This document shows positions 42,085 through 53,281 of a stretch of 64,000 nt of DNA, one piece after another (within the stretch, counting starts at the first letter, position 1; each line of letters starts with the position of its first letter). Origin of the DNA: an uncultured cyanobacterium. Its GTDB lineage: Bacteria; Cyanobacteriota; Cyanobacteriia; Cyanobacteriales; Cyanobacteriaceae. The notes below the pieces were generated by a model. It ran no database searches and was not told the origin of the DNA. It saw only the letters and a program-made list of their open reading frames with translations. A program made the position numbers and the translations under genes. The stretch is from the NCBI GenBank assembly GCA_963749915.1, contig CAVVOP010000021.1:416001-480000 (forward strand), given 5' to 3'.

Positions 42085-43378
42085 TGGTTTTAGGAAATCT
42101 TTCTGTTAGTGGTTATCAAGATAAAATTCACGTTCTGAGATCTAGAAACAGTCAATAACTGTATGTAATGCTTATATCAGTACCTTTAATTTGGTCTTGA
42201 GCAAGACCCAAGGTTAGATTGATTAGATTAATTAATTTACACTCATCAACGGGGAAAGTTAGAGCGGCTAAGGGATTGGTCGAGCAATAAAAATTTTTTT
42301 AGGGTAGATTTACTGGTATTTTTCACCATGGTGTTAGTATTATTTGGGAGAGGCATTAGTATTTGGTACTCAAAGTTAGATTCTCTACAACTCAGTCGAG
42401 GTAGCCAATCGAGGGAGTATAGGGGCAAAAAAATCTCGTACTCAGGAAACCGCTCCCACTCACTTAGACAAAAAGCAGATGGAATATTGTTTGTAGCCTT
42501 TGTTACAATTTGTCAAGATGTCTTCGGGACACAGAAAAAACTCAGGGGAAGGAGAATGTTACCATAGATACAGATTCGAGACAGAAACCGAATTTCGCAA
42601 CATGAATTGAATTCTGAGAAAGCTTTGGAGAGGTTTGACCAGCCTACTCCAATTTTTTTATCTAATATTACTCTCCTGACAATACTGCGGGGGTTTTGGA
42701 AAATATCAATGTGGTCGAGGGTAAGGCAGAAGGTAATAAATTCGTGAAAATTTTCTTTCTGAATTTTGAATTCTGAATTTCCCTCCCAATAATGTTTTCG
42801 GCACGCAGGCGTGAGCAGTATTACCACCAGACTTGATTTGTTAAAAAAAAGTTAAATTAGATACAAACTTCAATTTTATTGTTATCATCAAATTAGTGAA
42901 TAGTTGTTGGTGAACAAACCAAAGAAGAAAAATAAAATCCGAATTGAGTGCAACAAACTTGCACTAGAACGAGGGGGTTCTAATCACTTGAAACCTAGTC
43001 GTTTAAAAAGGTATATGTTCATCGGTCTCTGGGAAGACAAATACCAGAGTGTCTGAAAATAAATACTAATAACCCATCAGGAAAATACTAGTCCCTATAC
43101 CCCTAAAAAAATTTTCTCTTCATCAGTTACTGCATAAATAAAGGGTTTAAGGGATTGAGTGCAATTCTAAGCAATCCAATAAAACTAACCGAGTACAAGT
43201 TTTAGCTTCAGTAAAAATCCGGATGATATAACTTCAATAACATCTCGAACGAATATCTGAATTCTAGACAGAGTAAATTTTCATCATTTATTTCTGGAAA
43301 GAAATTTAGAGTTTGAGAGCTTAGTTATTTTTTAATTTCTGTCTCAGTCCATATACCTTATTTACAGAAATCAATTCA
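42085..43378. promoter_or_regulatory. Divergent cysE/nifB control region with oriented TGAGT motifs (putative CnfR sites)
   Basis: Minus strand: TGAGTGTA 42238, TGAGTAC 42366 and 42438, TGAGTTG ~42388, TGAGTGG ~42456. Plus strand: TGAGTGCAA 42945 and 43156, CGAGTACAA 43190. Confidence 0.65.
42778..42806 (+). repeat. 29-bp direct repeat, copy 2
   Basis: TTTCCCTCCCAATAATGTTTTCGGCACGC. Confidence 0.9.
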
Positions 43379-44791
43379 ATGTCACCAACTATCAGCACTA
43401 CCCTAGCAGCAGAATCCAAGACTTCAAAAAGCTGTGGCTGTAGTTCTACTACACCCCAAAAAGTCGATCCCAAAATTCAAGAAAGGATCGAAAAACATCC
43501 TTGTTACAGTGAAGAAGCACACCACCACTATGCACGGATGCATGTGGCAGTAGCCCCAGCTTGTAACATTCAGTGTAATTATTGCAATCGCAAATATGAC
43601 TGTGCTAATGAAAGTCGTCCGGGGGTAGTTAGCGAACTACTCACTCCCGAAGAGGCAGCCCACAAAGTACTGGTAATTGGAGGGAAAATTCCCCAAATGA
43701 CAGTGTTGGGTATTGCAGGTCCTGGCGATCCTTTAGCGAATCCCCAACAAACCTTCCGTACTTTCGAATTAGTCGCTGATAAAGCACCAGATATCAAACT
43801 GTGCTTATCGACTAACGGGTTAATGCTTCCTGATCACGTTCAACGCATCAAAGATTTAAACGTAGATCACGTAACCATAACTATTAATATGGTTGATCCC
43901 AAAATAGGGACAAAAATCTATCCTTGGGTGCGCTATCAACGTAAACGTTGGAAAGGAGAAGAAGCATCTCAGTTGCTTCACGAGCGTCAGATGGAAGGCT
44001 TACAGGCACTGCAAGAAGCTGATATCCTCTGCAAAGTTAACTCGGTAATGATTCCCGGAATTAACGAAGAACACTTAGTTGAGGTAGATGAAGTAATTCG
44101 TTCTAAGGGTGCATTCTTACATAATATTATGCCCCTGATATCTGCCCCTGAACATGGTACTTATTTTGGCTTAACTGGACAGCGCGGACCGAACCCCAAA
44201 GAACTTAAAGCTTTACAAGACAAATGTTCTGGCAACATGAAGATGATGAGACACTGTCGTCAATGTCGTGCTGATGCGGTAGGTTTATTGGGTGAGGATC
44301 GTTCCCAAGAGTTTACTAAGGAAAAATTCTTAGAGATGACCCCGGAATATGACTTGGAAAAACGTCAAGAAGTTCATGCCGAGATTAAACAGACTAAAGA
44401 AGTCTTGAAGTCGGCTAAAGCTCGAAGAGCCACTGGGAAAAAACTTAGAGGAGAGAAAATCCTGTTGGCAGTAGCAACTAAAGGTGGTGGCTTAGTCAAT
44501 CAACACTTTGGTCATGCCAAGGAGTTTCAAATCTTTGAAGTTGATGGAGTAGACGTTAAATTTGTCGGACATCGTAAAGTTGATCATTACTGTCAGGGAG
44601 GTTATGGCGAAGATGCCACTTTAAAAAATATCATCGGTGCCATCTCCGATTGTAAAGCCGTACTTGCTTCTAAGATTGGGGATTGTCCTGAAGGAATGCT
44701 GCGCCAAGCTGGTGTAGAACCAATTCAAGGCTATGACATCATTGATAATTTGGCTTTAAATTTCTACAAACAGTTTAAACACCAGAAATAA
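43379..44791 (+). CDS. nifB: FeMo-co biosynthesis radical SAM protein
   Basis: [28 protein letters not shown] and a C-terminal NifX-like domain. Confidence 0.98.
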   Translation: MSPTISTTLAAESKTSKSCGCSSTTPQKVDPKIQERIEKHPCYSEEAHHHYARMHVAVAPACNIQCNYCNRKYDCANESRPGVVSELLTPEEAAHKVLVIGGKIPQMTVLGIAGPGDPLANPQQTFRTFELVADKAPDIKLCLSTNGLMLPDHVQRIKDLNVDHVTITINMVDPKIGTKIYPWVRYQRKRWKGEEASQLLHERQMEGLQALQEADILCKVNSVMIPGINEEHLVEVDEVIRSKGAFLHNIMPLISAPEHGTYFGLTGQRGPNPKELKALQDKCSGNMKMMRHCRQCRADAVGLLGEDRSQEFTKEKFLEMTPEYDLEKRQEVHAEIKQTKEVLKSAKARRATGKKLRGEKILLAVATKGGGLVNQHFGHAKEFQIFEVDGVDVKFVGHRKVDHYCQGGYGEDATLKNIIGAISDCKAVLASKIGDCPEGMLRQAGVEPIQGYDIIDNLALNFYKQFKHQK

Positions 44792-44804
44792 TTGGAGTAG
44801 AGCA

Positions 44805-45017
44805 ATGAATGTTACCATTACCCAGACTAACGAAAAAAGCGATCGCTATTGCCTTGAAGATTCCCCAGAACTAAAGACAAAACCATACTCGCCCTTGTTT
44901 TTAACTCATAATCTTTGTACTAATTGTCCCGACTATTACGACATACCTCCCTGTCAGACTGACTTTAGTGGTGACAGTGGTTGCTTTCCCGGCCTCGAAC
45001 TTCTAGATCACAATTAA
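44805..45017 (+). pseudogene. Degenerate FdxN-like ORF
   Basis: GGAG RBS; LCTNCPDYYDIPPC...GC aligns with LCNDCVGSYGVAQC...GC of the next gene; first Cys cluster lost. Confidence 0.55.
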
Positions 45018-45031
45018 AGAGGATTCAGATT

Positions 45032-45394
45032 ATGACTTACAAGATCACTGAAAAATGTATAGCTTGTGCTAAATGCTTAACTCACTGTCCTACAGGATCA
45101 ATTGGCAAAAACGACCAGGGCAAATTCTCGATCAATCCCCTTCTTTGTAACGATTGTGTCGGCTCTTACGGAGTTGCCCAATGTATGGCAGGTTGTCCTA
45201 CCTCTCAAGGTTGTACTCCCGCAATCCCGGGTTTGATTAATTTGGCTTCTCAGACTACGGATAAATATTGGGATAACTGGTTCACAACTTATGAGTATCT
45301 GATTCTCAGGCTTAAGGCCAAAAAAGAAAATCCCTATTGGCAAAATTGGTTTGATCTTTATGCACAAAAATTAGACCACTTAATACATACTTAG
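45032..45394 (+). CDS. fdxN: nif-associated 2[4Fe-4S] ferredoxin; start at ATG 45032
   Basis: CIACAKCLTHCP, CNDC...CMAGCP, YWDNWF tail. Confidence 0.93.
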   Translation: MTYKITEKCIACAKCLTHCPTGSIGKNDQGKFSINPLLCNDCVGSYGVAQCMAGCPTSQGCTPAIPGLINLASQTTDKYWDNWFTTYEYLILRLKAKKENPYWQNWFDLYAQKLDHLIHT

Positions 45395-45453
45395 AAATTT
45401 ATTAATTGAACAACTCAAGGAATATTAGATTCGTGTTAATTCAGGAGAAAGCA

Positions 45454-46662
45454 ATGAACGACTGCATTTATCTCGACAATAATGCCACAACCAAAATAGA
45501 TGAAGATGTTTTAGCCGCAATGCTACCTTATCTCACTATGTATTACGGAAATCCTTCGAGTATGCATACTTTTGGAGGACAAGTCGGGCAAACTATCCGC
45601 CAAGCCAGAACTCAAGTAGCCTCTCTGTTGGGAGCAGAAGAGTCAGAAATTATCTTTACCAGTTGCGGTACAGAGGGAGATAATGCAGCCATTCTTGCCG
45701 CACTGAAAGCTCAACCGAATAAGAAAAACATTATTACTACCGAAGTCGAGCATCCAGCGATTTTAAACCTATGCCGAAAACTGGAAAAAGAAGGTTATAA
45801 CGTTACCTATCTTTCCGTTAATAGTAAAGGACAAATCGATCTTGACGAATTACAAGCCTCCATAACAGGGAACACGGCAGTAGTTTCTGTCATGTACGCA
45901 AACAATGAAACTGGTGTAATCTTCCCCATCGAACAAATTGGGCAAATAGTTAAAGAATATGGTGCAATCTTTCATGTTGATGCTGTGCAAGCGGTGGGAA
46001 AAATTCCCTTAAACATGAAAACCAGTACCATTGACTTGTTAACCTTATCTGGTCATAAAATTCATGCTCCTAAGGGAATTGGTGCTTTATATGTTCGTAA
46101 AGGTGTTAGATTCCGTCCTTTATTAATTGGTGGACATCAAGAAAGAGGACGTAGAGGTGGAACTGAGAACGTTGCTGGTATAGTTGCACTGGGGAAAGCC
46201 GCCGAACTGGCACAGGAGCATCTAACCGATATTGATCAAGAAAAACAGCTACGAGATAAGCTGGAACAGGGTATTCTTTCCGCCATTCCCAACACCGCAG
46301 TTAACGGCGATCGAGTTAATCGATTACCCAATACAACTAATATCGGCTTTAAATATATCGAAGGGGAAGCAATTTTACTTTCTCTTGATCAATATGGCAT
46401 CTGTGCTTCTTCGGGTTCAGCTTGTAGTTCTGGCTCTTTAGAACCCTCTCATGTTCTCAGAGCTTTGGGACTGCCCTATAGTGTACTACACGGTTCGATT
46501 CGTTTTAGTTTATCCCGTTTTACCACGGAAGCAGAAATTGACGAAGTTCTTAAAATTCTACCTCCAGTTATTAATCGTCTGCGGGAAATGTCACCCTTTA
46601 ACAGCGATGATGCTGATTGGCTTAAAGAACAAGAACAAGCATTGCTTGCGGGTGTCAGGTAG
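45454..46662 (+). CDS. nifS: Cysteine desulfurase; start at ATG 45454
   Basis: YLDNNATT, SGHKIH, SSGSACSS. Confidence 0.97.
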   Translation: MNDCIYLDNNATTKIDEDVLAAMLPYLTMYYGNPSSMHTFGGQVGQTIRQARTQVASLLGAEESEIIFTSCGTEGDNAAILAALKAQPNKKNIITTEVEHPAILNLCRKLEKEGYNVTYLSVNSKGQIDLDELQASITGNTAVVSVMYANNETGVIFPIEQIGQIVKEYGAIFHVDAVQAVGKIPLNMKTSTIDLLTLSGHKIHAPKGIGALYVRKGVRFRPLLIGGHQERGRRGGTENVAGIVALGKAAELAQEHLTDIDQEKQLRDKLEQGILSAIPNTAVNGDRVNRLPNTTNIGFKYIEGEAILLSLDQYGICASSGSACSSGSLEPSHVLRALGLPYSVLHGSIRFSLSRFTTEAEIDEVLKILPPVINRLREMSPFNSDDADWLKEQEQALLAGVR

Positions 46663-46675
46663 TTTTTCACGCCCT

Positions 46676-46748
46676 CAGGTTAAAGTGCCTGTTCTCCATC
46701 ACTAACATTTATGCTCACAGGTTAAAATGCCTGTTCTCCATAACCAAC
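46676..46748 (+). repeat. Two 31-bp direct repeats with 42-bp period
   Basis: CAGGTTAAAGTGCCTGTTCTCCATCACTAAC (46676) and CAGGTTAAAATGCCTGTTCTCCATAACCAAC (46718), 28/31 identical. Confidence 0.85.
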
Positions 46749-46779
46749 TAACTAAATTACTAGCTACTAAGAAAAGAAA

Positions 46780-47691
46780 ATGTGGGACTATACAGACAAA
46801 GTAATGGAACACTTCTACAATCCTCGTAATCAAGGCAAGATTACGGAGAAGCAACAAGGAGAAGAAATTGTCACGGGAGAAGTCGGCAGTATTGCCTGTG
46901 GAGATGCTCTTAAACTGCACCTCAAAATTGACGAAGCGTCTCAAATCATTAAAGATGCTCGCTTCCAAACCTTTGGTTGCGCTAGTGCCATCGCCTCCTC
47001 TTCTGCCCTGACCGAATTGCTGAAAGGCAGAAAAGTAGAAGAAGCTCTACAACTAACTAACAAAGAAATTGCCGAATCTCTGGGAGGACTGCCCGAAGAG
47101 AAAATGCACTGTTCGGTAATGGGACAAGAAGCTCTAGAAGCTGCTATTTACAAATACAAAGGGATTACTATTGAAACCCATGAAGAAGATGAAGGAACTC
47201 TTATTTGTCGCTGTTTCGGCGTCACCGATACCAGAATTAAAAGAATTATTCGCGAGAATAATCTTACGACTGCGGAACAAGTTACTAACTATGTTAAAGC
47301 CGGTGGTGGATGTAGTTCGTGTTTACCAGATATCGACGATCTGCTCTATGAAATTACCACCGAGAAGGAAAAAAGCCTGGAGGTGGCAACAGAAGATTTG
47401 GCAAACGGCCATTCTCTACCAGTATCATTCCCCACTACTCAAACCCCAAAACTCCTAACTAATCTACAAAAGATTACCTTGATTCAAGGAGTAATCGACT
47501 CAGAAATTCGACCAATTTTAGCGGAAGATGGCGGCGATATTGAGCTATTCGACGTAGAAGGAGATAGGGTTAAAGTCATCCTCAAGGGTGCTTGTAATGG
47601 CTGTGCTTCTTCCACTGAAACTTTAAAATTTGCCATCGAAGCGACTCTCAAAGAACGGGTTTTACCCACTCTCTTGGTTGAAGCTGTCTGA
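46780..47691 (+). CDS. nifU: Fe-S scaffold protein
   Basis: MWDYTDKV, CGD, FGCASA, KMHCS, CRC...CSSC, GACNGC. Confidence 0.97.
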   Translation: MWDYTDKVMEHFYNPRNQGKITEKQQGEEIVTGEVGSIACGDALKLHLKIDEASQIIKDARFQTFGCASAIASSSALTELLKGRKVEEALQLTNKEIAESLGGLPEEKMHCSVMGQEALEAAIYKYKGITIETHEEDEGTLICRCFGVTDTRIKRIIRENNLTTAEQVTNYVKAGGGCSSCLPDIDDLLYEITTEKEKSLEVATEDLANGHSLPVSFPTTQTPKLLTNLQKITLIQGVIDSEIRPILAEDGGDIELFDVEGDRVKVILKGACNGCASSTETLKFAIEATLKERVLPTLLVEAV

Positions 47692-48159
47692 TGAAATGCA
47701 GAATGCGGAATGCGGAATGCAAAAGCCTTCCACCACAATTTATTCAACTACTAATTGCTAAAAAATGTTTTTCCTTTACCCCCACGATTACGGAGAGCGA
47801 TCTCCTCCAAAGCTTCACTCAGATCAGGATTAAAGATTGGCATCTTGTCAAGATGAACCCTTCGCCGGGAACGGAATTTCCCAGTAACACTAACTATCAA
47901 TCATCTGAACCTGGTTGCTCTCGACAATCCTGTGCCCTTGAGACTCAAACACTTGTTTAATCTATTATTTTCAGCAGAAATTGCCTCCAAGATTGAACAA
48001 ACCTAATCCATTCAGATCATCTCATCGTAACAGCTAAGAAATAAGGGTTCGTAGGGACGAAATTCCCCAGACTAAATATTACCAAACTCAGATTATTCTT
48101 ACTGAGCGGGATCTGAAATTGATTCAAGTATTGATTTCCATTAACCTTTAATAATTTAA

Positions 48160-49050
<891 letters not shown>

Positions 49051-49198
49051 CTTAGTTAACAGTGACCAGTCCACAGTAAACAGTGAAAAAAACTAAACGT
49101 AAATCGATTACTTACTATTTACTCAATAACTATTAGCTGAATAACTGGTCACTGATAATTGATAACTGAATAACTGATAAATTATACCGGAGAATATC

Positions 49199-50650
49199 AT
49201 GGCAACAACTGTAGAACAAAATAAAGAGCTGATTAAAGAGGTACTAGAAGCCTATCCCGAAAAGGCGGCTAAAAAACGCGAAAAACACCTCGGTGTTTAC
49301 GAAGAAGGTAATTCTGATTGTGGTGTCAAGTCCAATAAAAAATCTGTCCCTGGAGTAATGACCACCCGTGGTTGTGCCTATGCCGGAGCAAAAGGGGTAG
49401 TTTGGGGACCAGTTAAAGACATGATTCACGTCAGTCACGGGCCTGTAGGTTGCGGTTACTATTCCTGGTCTGGTCGTCGTAATTACTATGTTGGTACCAC
49501 TGGAGTTGATACTTTCGGGACCATGCAGTTTACTTCCGATTTCCAAGAAAGAGATATTGTCTTCGGTGGTGACAAAAAACTGGCCAAACTAATTGATGAA
49601 TTGGAAATTCTCTTCCCCTTAAGCCAAGGTACTACTATTGAATCTGAATGTCCTATAGGCTTAATTGGAGATGACATTGAAGCTGTGGCTCGCAAGAAAG
49701 CTAAAGACTCTGGCAAGCCTGTAGTTCCTGTACGTTGTGAAGGCTTCCGGGGTGTTTCTCAATCTTTGGGACACCACATTGCTAACGATACTGTTCGTGA
49801 CTGGGTATTACCTAAAGCTGATGAATATCGTAAGCTCCCTGAAGGCTTTGAATCAAGTCCCTATGATGTTAATATAATCGGTGACTATAACATTGGTGGT
49901 GATGCTTGGCCTAGCCGCAGACTCCTTGAAGCCATCGGTTTACGAGTAATTAGCCAATTCTCTGGAGATGGTAGCTTTAATGAAACCGTAATGACTCCTC
50001 TGGCTAAACTCAACTTAATCCACTGTTATCGTTCCATGAACTACCTCTGTCGTCATATGGAGGAAAAGTACGGTATTCCTTGGCTAGAGTATAATTTCTT
50101 TGGACCTACCCAAATTGCTAAATCTCTACGGAAGATTGCCGCTCAGTTCGATGAAACCATTCAGGAAAAAGCCGAACAAGTAATTGCTGAACATCAGGCT
50201 CAAATGGATGCGATCGTTGAGAAGTTTGGTCCTCGCCTCAAAGGTAAGAAAGTAATGATGATGGTAGGTGGACTACGCCCTCGTCACGTAATCCCAGCCT
50301 TTGACGACTTAGGGATGAATGTAATCGGTACTGGTTATGAATTCGGTCATGGAGACGATTATAAACGTACCGCTGATTATACCCAAGATGGCACCGTTAT
50401 CTATGATGATGTCAGTGGCCATGAGTTCGAGGAATTCGCTAAACAGCTAAATCCCGACTTAATTGCCGCCGGAATTAAAGAAAAATATGTCTTCCAGAAA
50501 ATGGCTTTGCCTTTCCGTCAGATGCACTCTTGGGATTACTCAGGTCCTTACCACGGTTATGAAGGTTTTGCTGTGTTCGCTCGTGACATGGATTTAGCGA
50601 TCAACAACCCCACTTGGGATTTAGTTAAAAATCCTTGGGAAACCAAGTAG
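49199..50650 (+). CDS. nifD: Nitrogenase MoFe protein alpha chain, uninterrupted
   Basis: RGCAYAG, HGPVGC, ECPIG, HCYRSM, QMHSWDY. Confidence 0.99.
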   Translation: MATTVEQNKELIKEVLEAYPEKAAKKREKHLGVYEEGNSDCGVKSNKKSVPGVMTTRGCAYAGAKGVVWGPVKDMIHVSHGPVGCGYYSWSGRRNYYVGTTGVDTFGTMQFTSDFQERDIVFGGDKKLAKLIDELEILFPLSQGTTIESECPIGLIGDDIEAVARKKAKDSGKPVVPVRCEGFRGVSQSLGHHIANDTVRDWVLPKADEYRKLPEGFESSPYDVNIIGDYNIGGDAWPSRRLLEAIGLRVISQFSGDGSFNETVMTPLAKLNLIHCYRSMNYLCRHMEEKYGIPWLEYNFFGPTQIAKSLRKIAAQFDETIQEKAEQVIAEHQAQMDAIVEKFGPRLKGKKVMMMVGGLRPRHVIPAFDDLGMNVIGTGYEFGHGDDYKRTADYTQDGTVIYDDVSGHEFEEFAKQLNPDLIAAGIKEKYVFQKMALPFRQMHSWDYSGPYHGYEGFAVFARDMDLAINNPTWDLVKNPWETK

Positions 50651-50839
50651 GAATCAATACTGTTCGGTTAGCCCCAAATTTGAAGTAAGTATTTTCCTTC
50701 GTCTTTCATTATCAAGCATTTGTGATTACTCGTATTTATTTGAGAGCCAAAACAAAAAATAAGTAATTTAAGGACGAAGGATTCAGAAAAAAACAAATTA
50801 GCCACAATTAAATAATATTTCAAACAGAGGAAGAGCATC

Positions 50840-52408
50840 ATGACTCAAAATACTGAAAATAATGTAACTGCACCCGTTTCAGAACCCGGTGTCATTCAAG
50901 ATCACTTCGATTTATTTCAAACCGATACTTATCAAGACTTATTTGAATACAAACGTCAGTTTGAAGGCGCCCACAGTAAGGAAGAAGTAGCGAGAATTGC
51001 CGAATGGACCAAAACCTGGGATTATCGTGAGAAAAACTTTAGCCGCGAAGCCCTAACTGTCAACCCAGCCAAAGCTTGTCAACCTCTAGGTTCTCTCTTT
51101 GTGGCTGCTGGTTTTGAAGGAACTTTACCCTACTCTCATGGTTCTCAAGGTTGCGTTGCCTATTTCCGTACTCACCTAACCCGTAATTTTAAAGAACCCT
51201 TTCAAGCGGTTTCTTCCTCCATGACTGAGGATGCAGCGGTATTCGGCGGACTCAAAAATATGATCGAGGGGCTGGCAAACTCCTATGCCCTCTACAAACC
51301 TAAAATGATTGCCCTGTGTACTACCTGTATGGCTGAGGTAATCGGTGATGACTTGGGTGCATTTATTCAAACCTCGAAAAATGAAGGCTCTATTCCCCAA
51401 GATTTTCCTGTTCCCTATGCTCACACTCCTAGCTTTGTTGGCTCTCACATTACTGGTTACGACAATATGCTAAAAGGTATTCTGGAGTGTCTGACCGAAG
51501 GTAAGAAACAAGAAACCACTAACGGTAAGTATAATTTTAATTTGGGCTTTGATGCTTATGTTGGCAATACTCGTGAACTAAAACGAATTCTCCAATTATT
51601 TGAGCTCGATTACACCATTCTCTCGGATAATTCCGATGCCTTTGATTCTCCTAACACTGGTGAGTTCCAAATGTATAATGGTCTAACCAAACTGGAAGAT
51701 GCTGCCGATTCAATTAACGCCGAAGGTACTTTCTTCTTCCAAAAATACACTACCCCTAAAACTCGGAGTTATATCGAAAAAGATTGGGGACAACAAACCT
51801 TTAATTTCCGTCCTTTTGGCATTCGTGGTACTGATGAGTTTCTGACTAAATTATCGGAAATTACTGGTAAGCCTGTACCGCAAGAATTAGTAGCAGAAAG
51901 AGGTCGTGCTGTTGATGCTATTACTGATTCCCAAGCTTGGATTCACGGCAAACGCATTGCTCTTTACGGCGATCCTGATCATGTATTTGGTTTAGTTAAC
52001 TTCTTACTAGAATTGGGTGCAGAGCCAGTACATATCGTTGTTACCAACAGCAACCCTGAATTTGAAGAGGAATTGCAAGCTGTTTTAGATGCTAGTCCTT
52101 ACGGAAAAGATGCCACTATCTGGGGGAAAAAAGACCTCTGGCACTTACGCAGTTTATTATTTACTGAACCAGTAGATCTCATTATTGGCAACTCTTACGG
52201 TAAGTATCTCTGGCGTGATACCCATACTCCTTTAGTGCGCATCGGCTATCCCATCTTCGATCGTCATCATATGCACCGCTATGAAACTTTAGGTTATCGG
52301 GGAGCTCTCAACCTCCATAACTGGATTATTAATACCATCCTCGACGAACTCGATCGCCAGACTATCATTCCGGCGAAAACTGATATTTCTTTCGATCTAA
52401 TTCGTTAA
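50840..52408 (+). CDS. nifK: Nitrogenase MoFe protein beta chain
   Basis: PAKACQP, HGSQGC, TTCMAE, HTPSF, FDLIR end. Confidence 0.99.
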   Translation: MTQNTENNVTAPVSEPGVIQDHFDLFQTDTYQDLFEYKRQFEGAHSKEEVARIAEWTKTWDYREKNFSREALTVNPAKACQPLGSLFVAAGFEGTLPYSHGSQGCVAYFRTHLTRNFKEPFQAVSSSMTEDAAVFGGLKNMIEGLANSYALYKPKMIALCTTCMAEVIGDDLGAFIQTSKNEGSIPQDFPVPYAHTPSFVGSHITGYDNMLKGILECLTEGKKQETTNGKYNFNLGFDAYVGNTRELKRILQLFELDYTILSDNSDAFDSPNTGEFQMYNGLTKLEDAADSINAEGTFFFQKYTTPKTRSYIEKDWGQQTFNFRPFGIRGTDEFLTKLSEITGKPVPQELVAERGRAVDAITDSQAWIHGKRIALYGDPDHVFGLVNFLLELGAEPVHIVVTNSNPEFEEELQAVLDASPYGKDATIWGKKDLWHLRSLLFTEPVDLIIGNSYGKYLWRDTHTPLVRIGYPIFDRHHMHRYETLGYRGALNLHNWIINTILDELDRQTIIPAKTDISFDLIR

Positions 52409-52430
52409 TCAATCACATTTCTCTGTAAAT

Positions 52431-52534
52431 GTAGGGTGGGCATTGCCCACCTTATGTCCGAACTTTCCTAAGTGGTTACAAGAGCGTGATTCGATAGCAG
52501 ATTTTGTTGGGTTTCTTGCCTCAACCCAACCTGC
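52431..52534. repeat. Inverted pair of REP-like palindromes
   Basis: GTAG-GGTGGGCA-T-TGCCCACC (52431-52451) and minus-strand GCAG-GTTGGGTT...AACCCAAC (52506-52534). Confidence 0.7.
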
Positions 52535-52562
52535 AATATTTAAATCTTCAAGGAGGAGAATA

Positions 52563-52826
52563 ATGAAATTAGGTGAAGTGGAACTCGATCAAGAACCAGC
52601 TTTTGAGCTTGATACTAAAGTTAGAGTCCTTAAAAAAATTCGCAATGATGGTACTTTCCCTGGCAAGCAAATTGGTGAAACTCTAGCTAACAAAGGAGAT
52701 GAAGGATACATCATTTCTATTGGTACATACTTGCAAACTGCTTACATCTATTCGGTTCATTTTCTGGAAAATGGAAATGTCGTAGGTTGCCTAGGGAAAG
52801 AACTAGAATTAGTTACTGAAAACTGA
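52563..52826 (+). CDS. nifZ: NifZ; start at ATG 52563
   Basis: IRNDGTFPG, GYIISIGTYLQ, YSVHF, VVGC; AGGAGG RBS. Confidence 0.95.
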   Translation: MKLGEVELDQEPAFELDTKVRVLKKIRNDGTFPGKQIGETLANKGDEGYIISIGTYLQTAYIYSVHFLENGNVVGCLGKELELVTEN

Positions 52827-52834
52827 AGAAAATT

Positions 52835-53149
52835 ATGTTTACTTATCCCGAAAATCATCCTAACTCCCTAACTAAAACCAAAAAATTTCCCCTCGATCCT
52901 TTCTATCCCTTACGATGTTGGGTAGATAATATCGAAGTAAATAACGAAAAATTTGCTCGTTTTCTTTGTAATTTAATTCCCTGTACCTGTCCTTTTGAAA
53001 GGGATGTAACTATCTGGGGAAAAACCTTTCATATTCCTGCTTTGTGTAAACTCAACCCTCTCTATAAAGAGGTTGTCAATTTGCGCTTCCGTGCTCTTAT
53101 TTATTTAGAAGGCGATTGTGGGCAGGATATTGGCCAATATATTTGTTAA
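52835..53149 (+). CDS. Mo-dependent nitrogenase C-terminal domain family protein
   Basis: LIPCTCPFERD, HIPALCKLNPLY, LRFRAL. Confidence 0.9.
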   Translation: MFTYPENHPNSLTKTKKFPLDPFYPLRCWVDNIEVNNEKFARFLCNLIPCTCPFERDVTIWGKTFHIPALCKLNPLYKEVVNLRFRALIYLEGDCGQDIGQYIC

Positions 53150-53150
53150 C

Positions 53151-53280
53151 AATTACGAATTACGAATTACGAATTACGAATGAGTAGGACAAAATGTTTA
53201 GATTTCTAAAATCTAAAGCTTGTAGTGAGCGAAGCGAATCCAGCCAAAATCGAAAATCCAAAATCTAAAATCTAAAATCC
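53151..53280 (+). repeat. Heptamer tandem repeats (AATTACG)x4 and (AAAATCN)x5
   Basis: 53151-53178 and ~53246-53280. Confidence 0.8.
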
Positions 53281-53281
53281 C

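Noticed and set aside
42246..42827. Short ORFs in the cysE-nifB intergenic region
   Set aside because: Overlapping on both strands, no RBS or motifs, and they coincide with regulatory motifs and repeats
46676..46748. Possible mini-CRISPR
   Set aside because: Only two units with an 11-bp gap, too short for a spacer
47691..47960. 89-aa ORF between nifU and nifH
   Set aside because: Begins in a heptamer repeat and has no recognisable features; more likely untranslated leader
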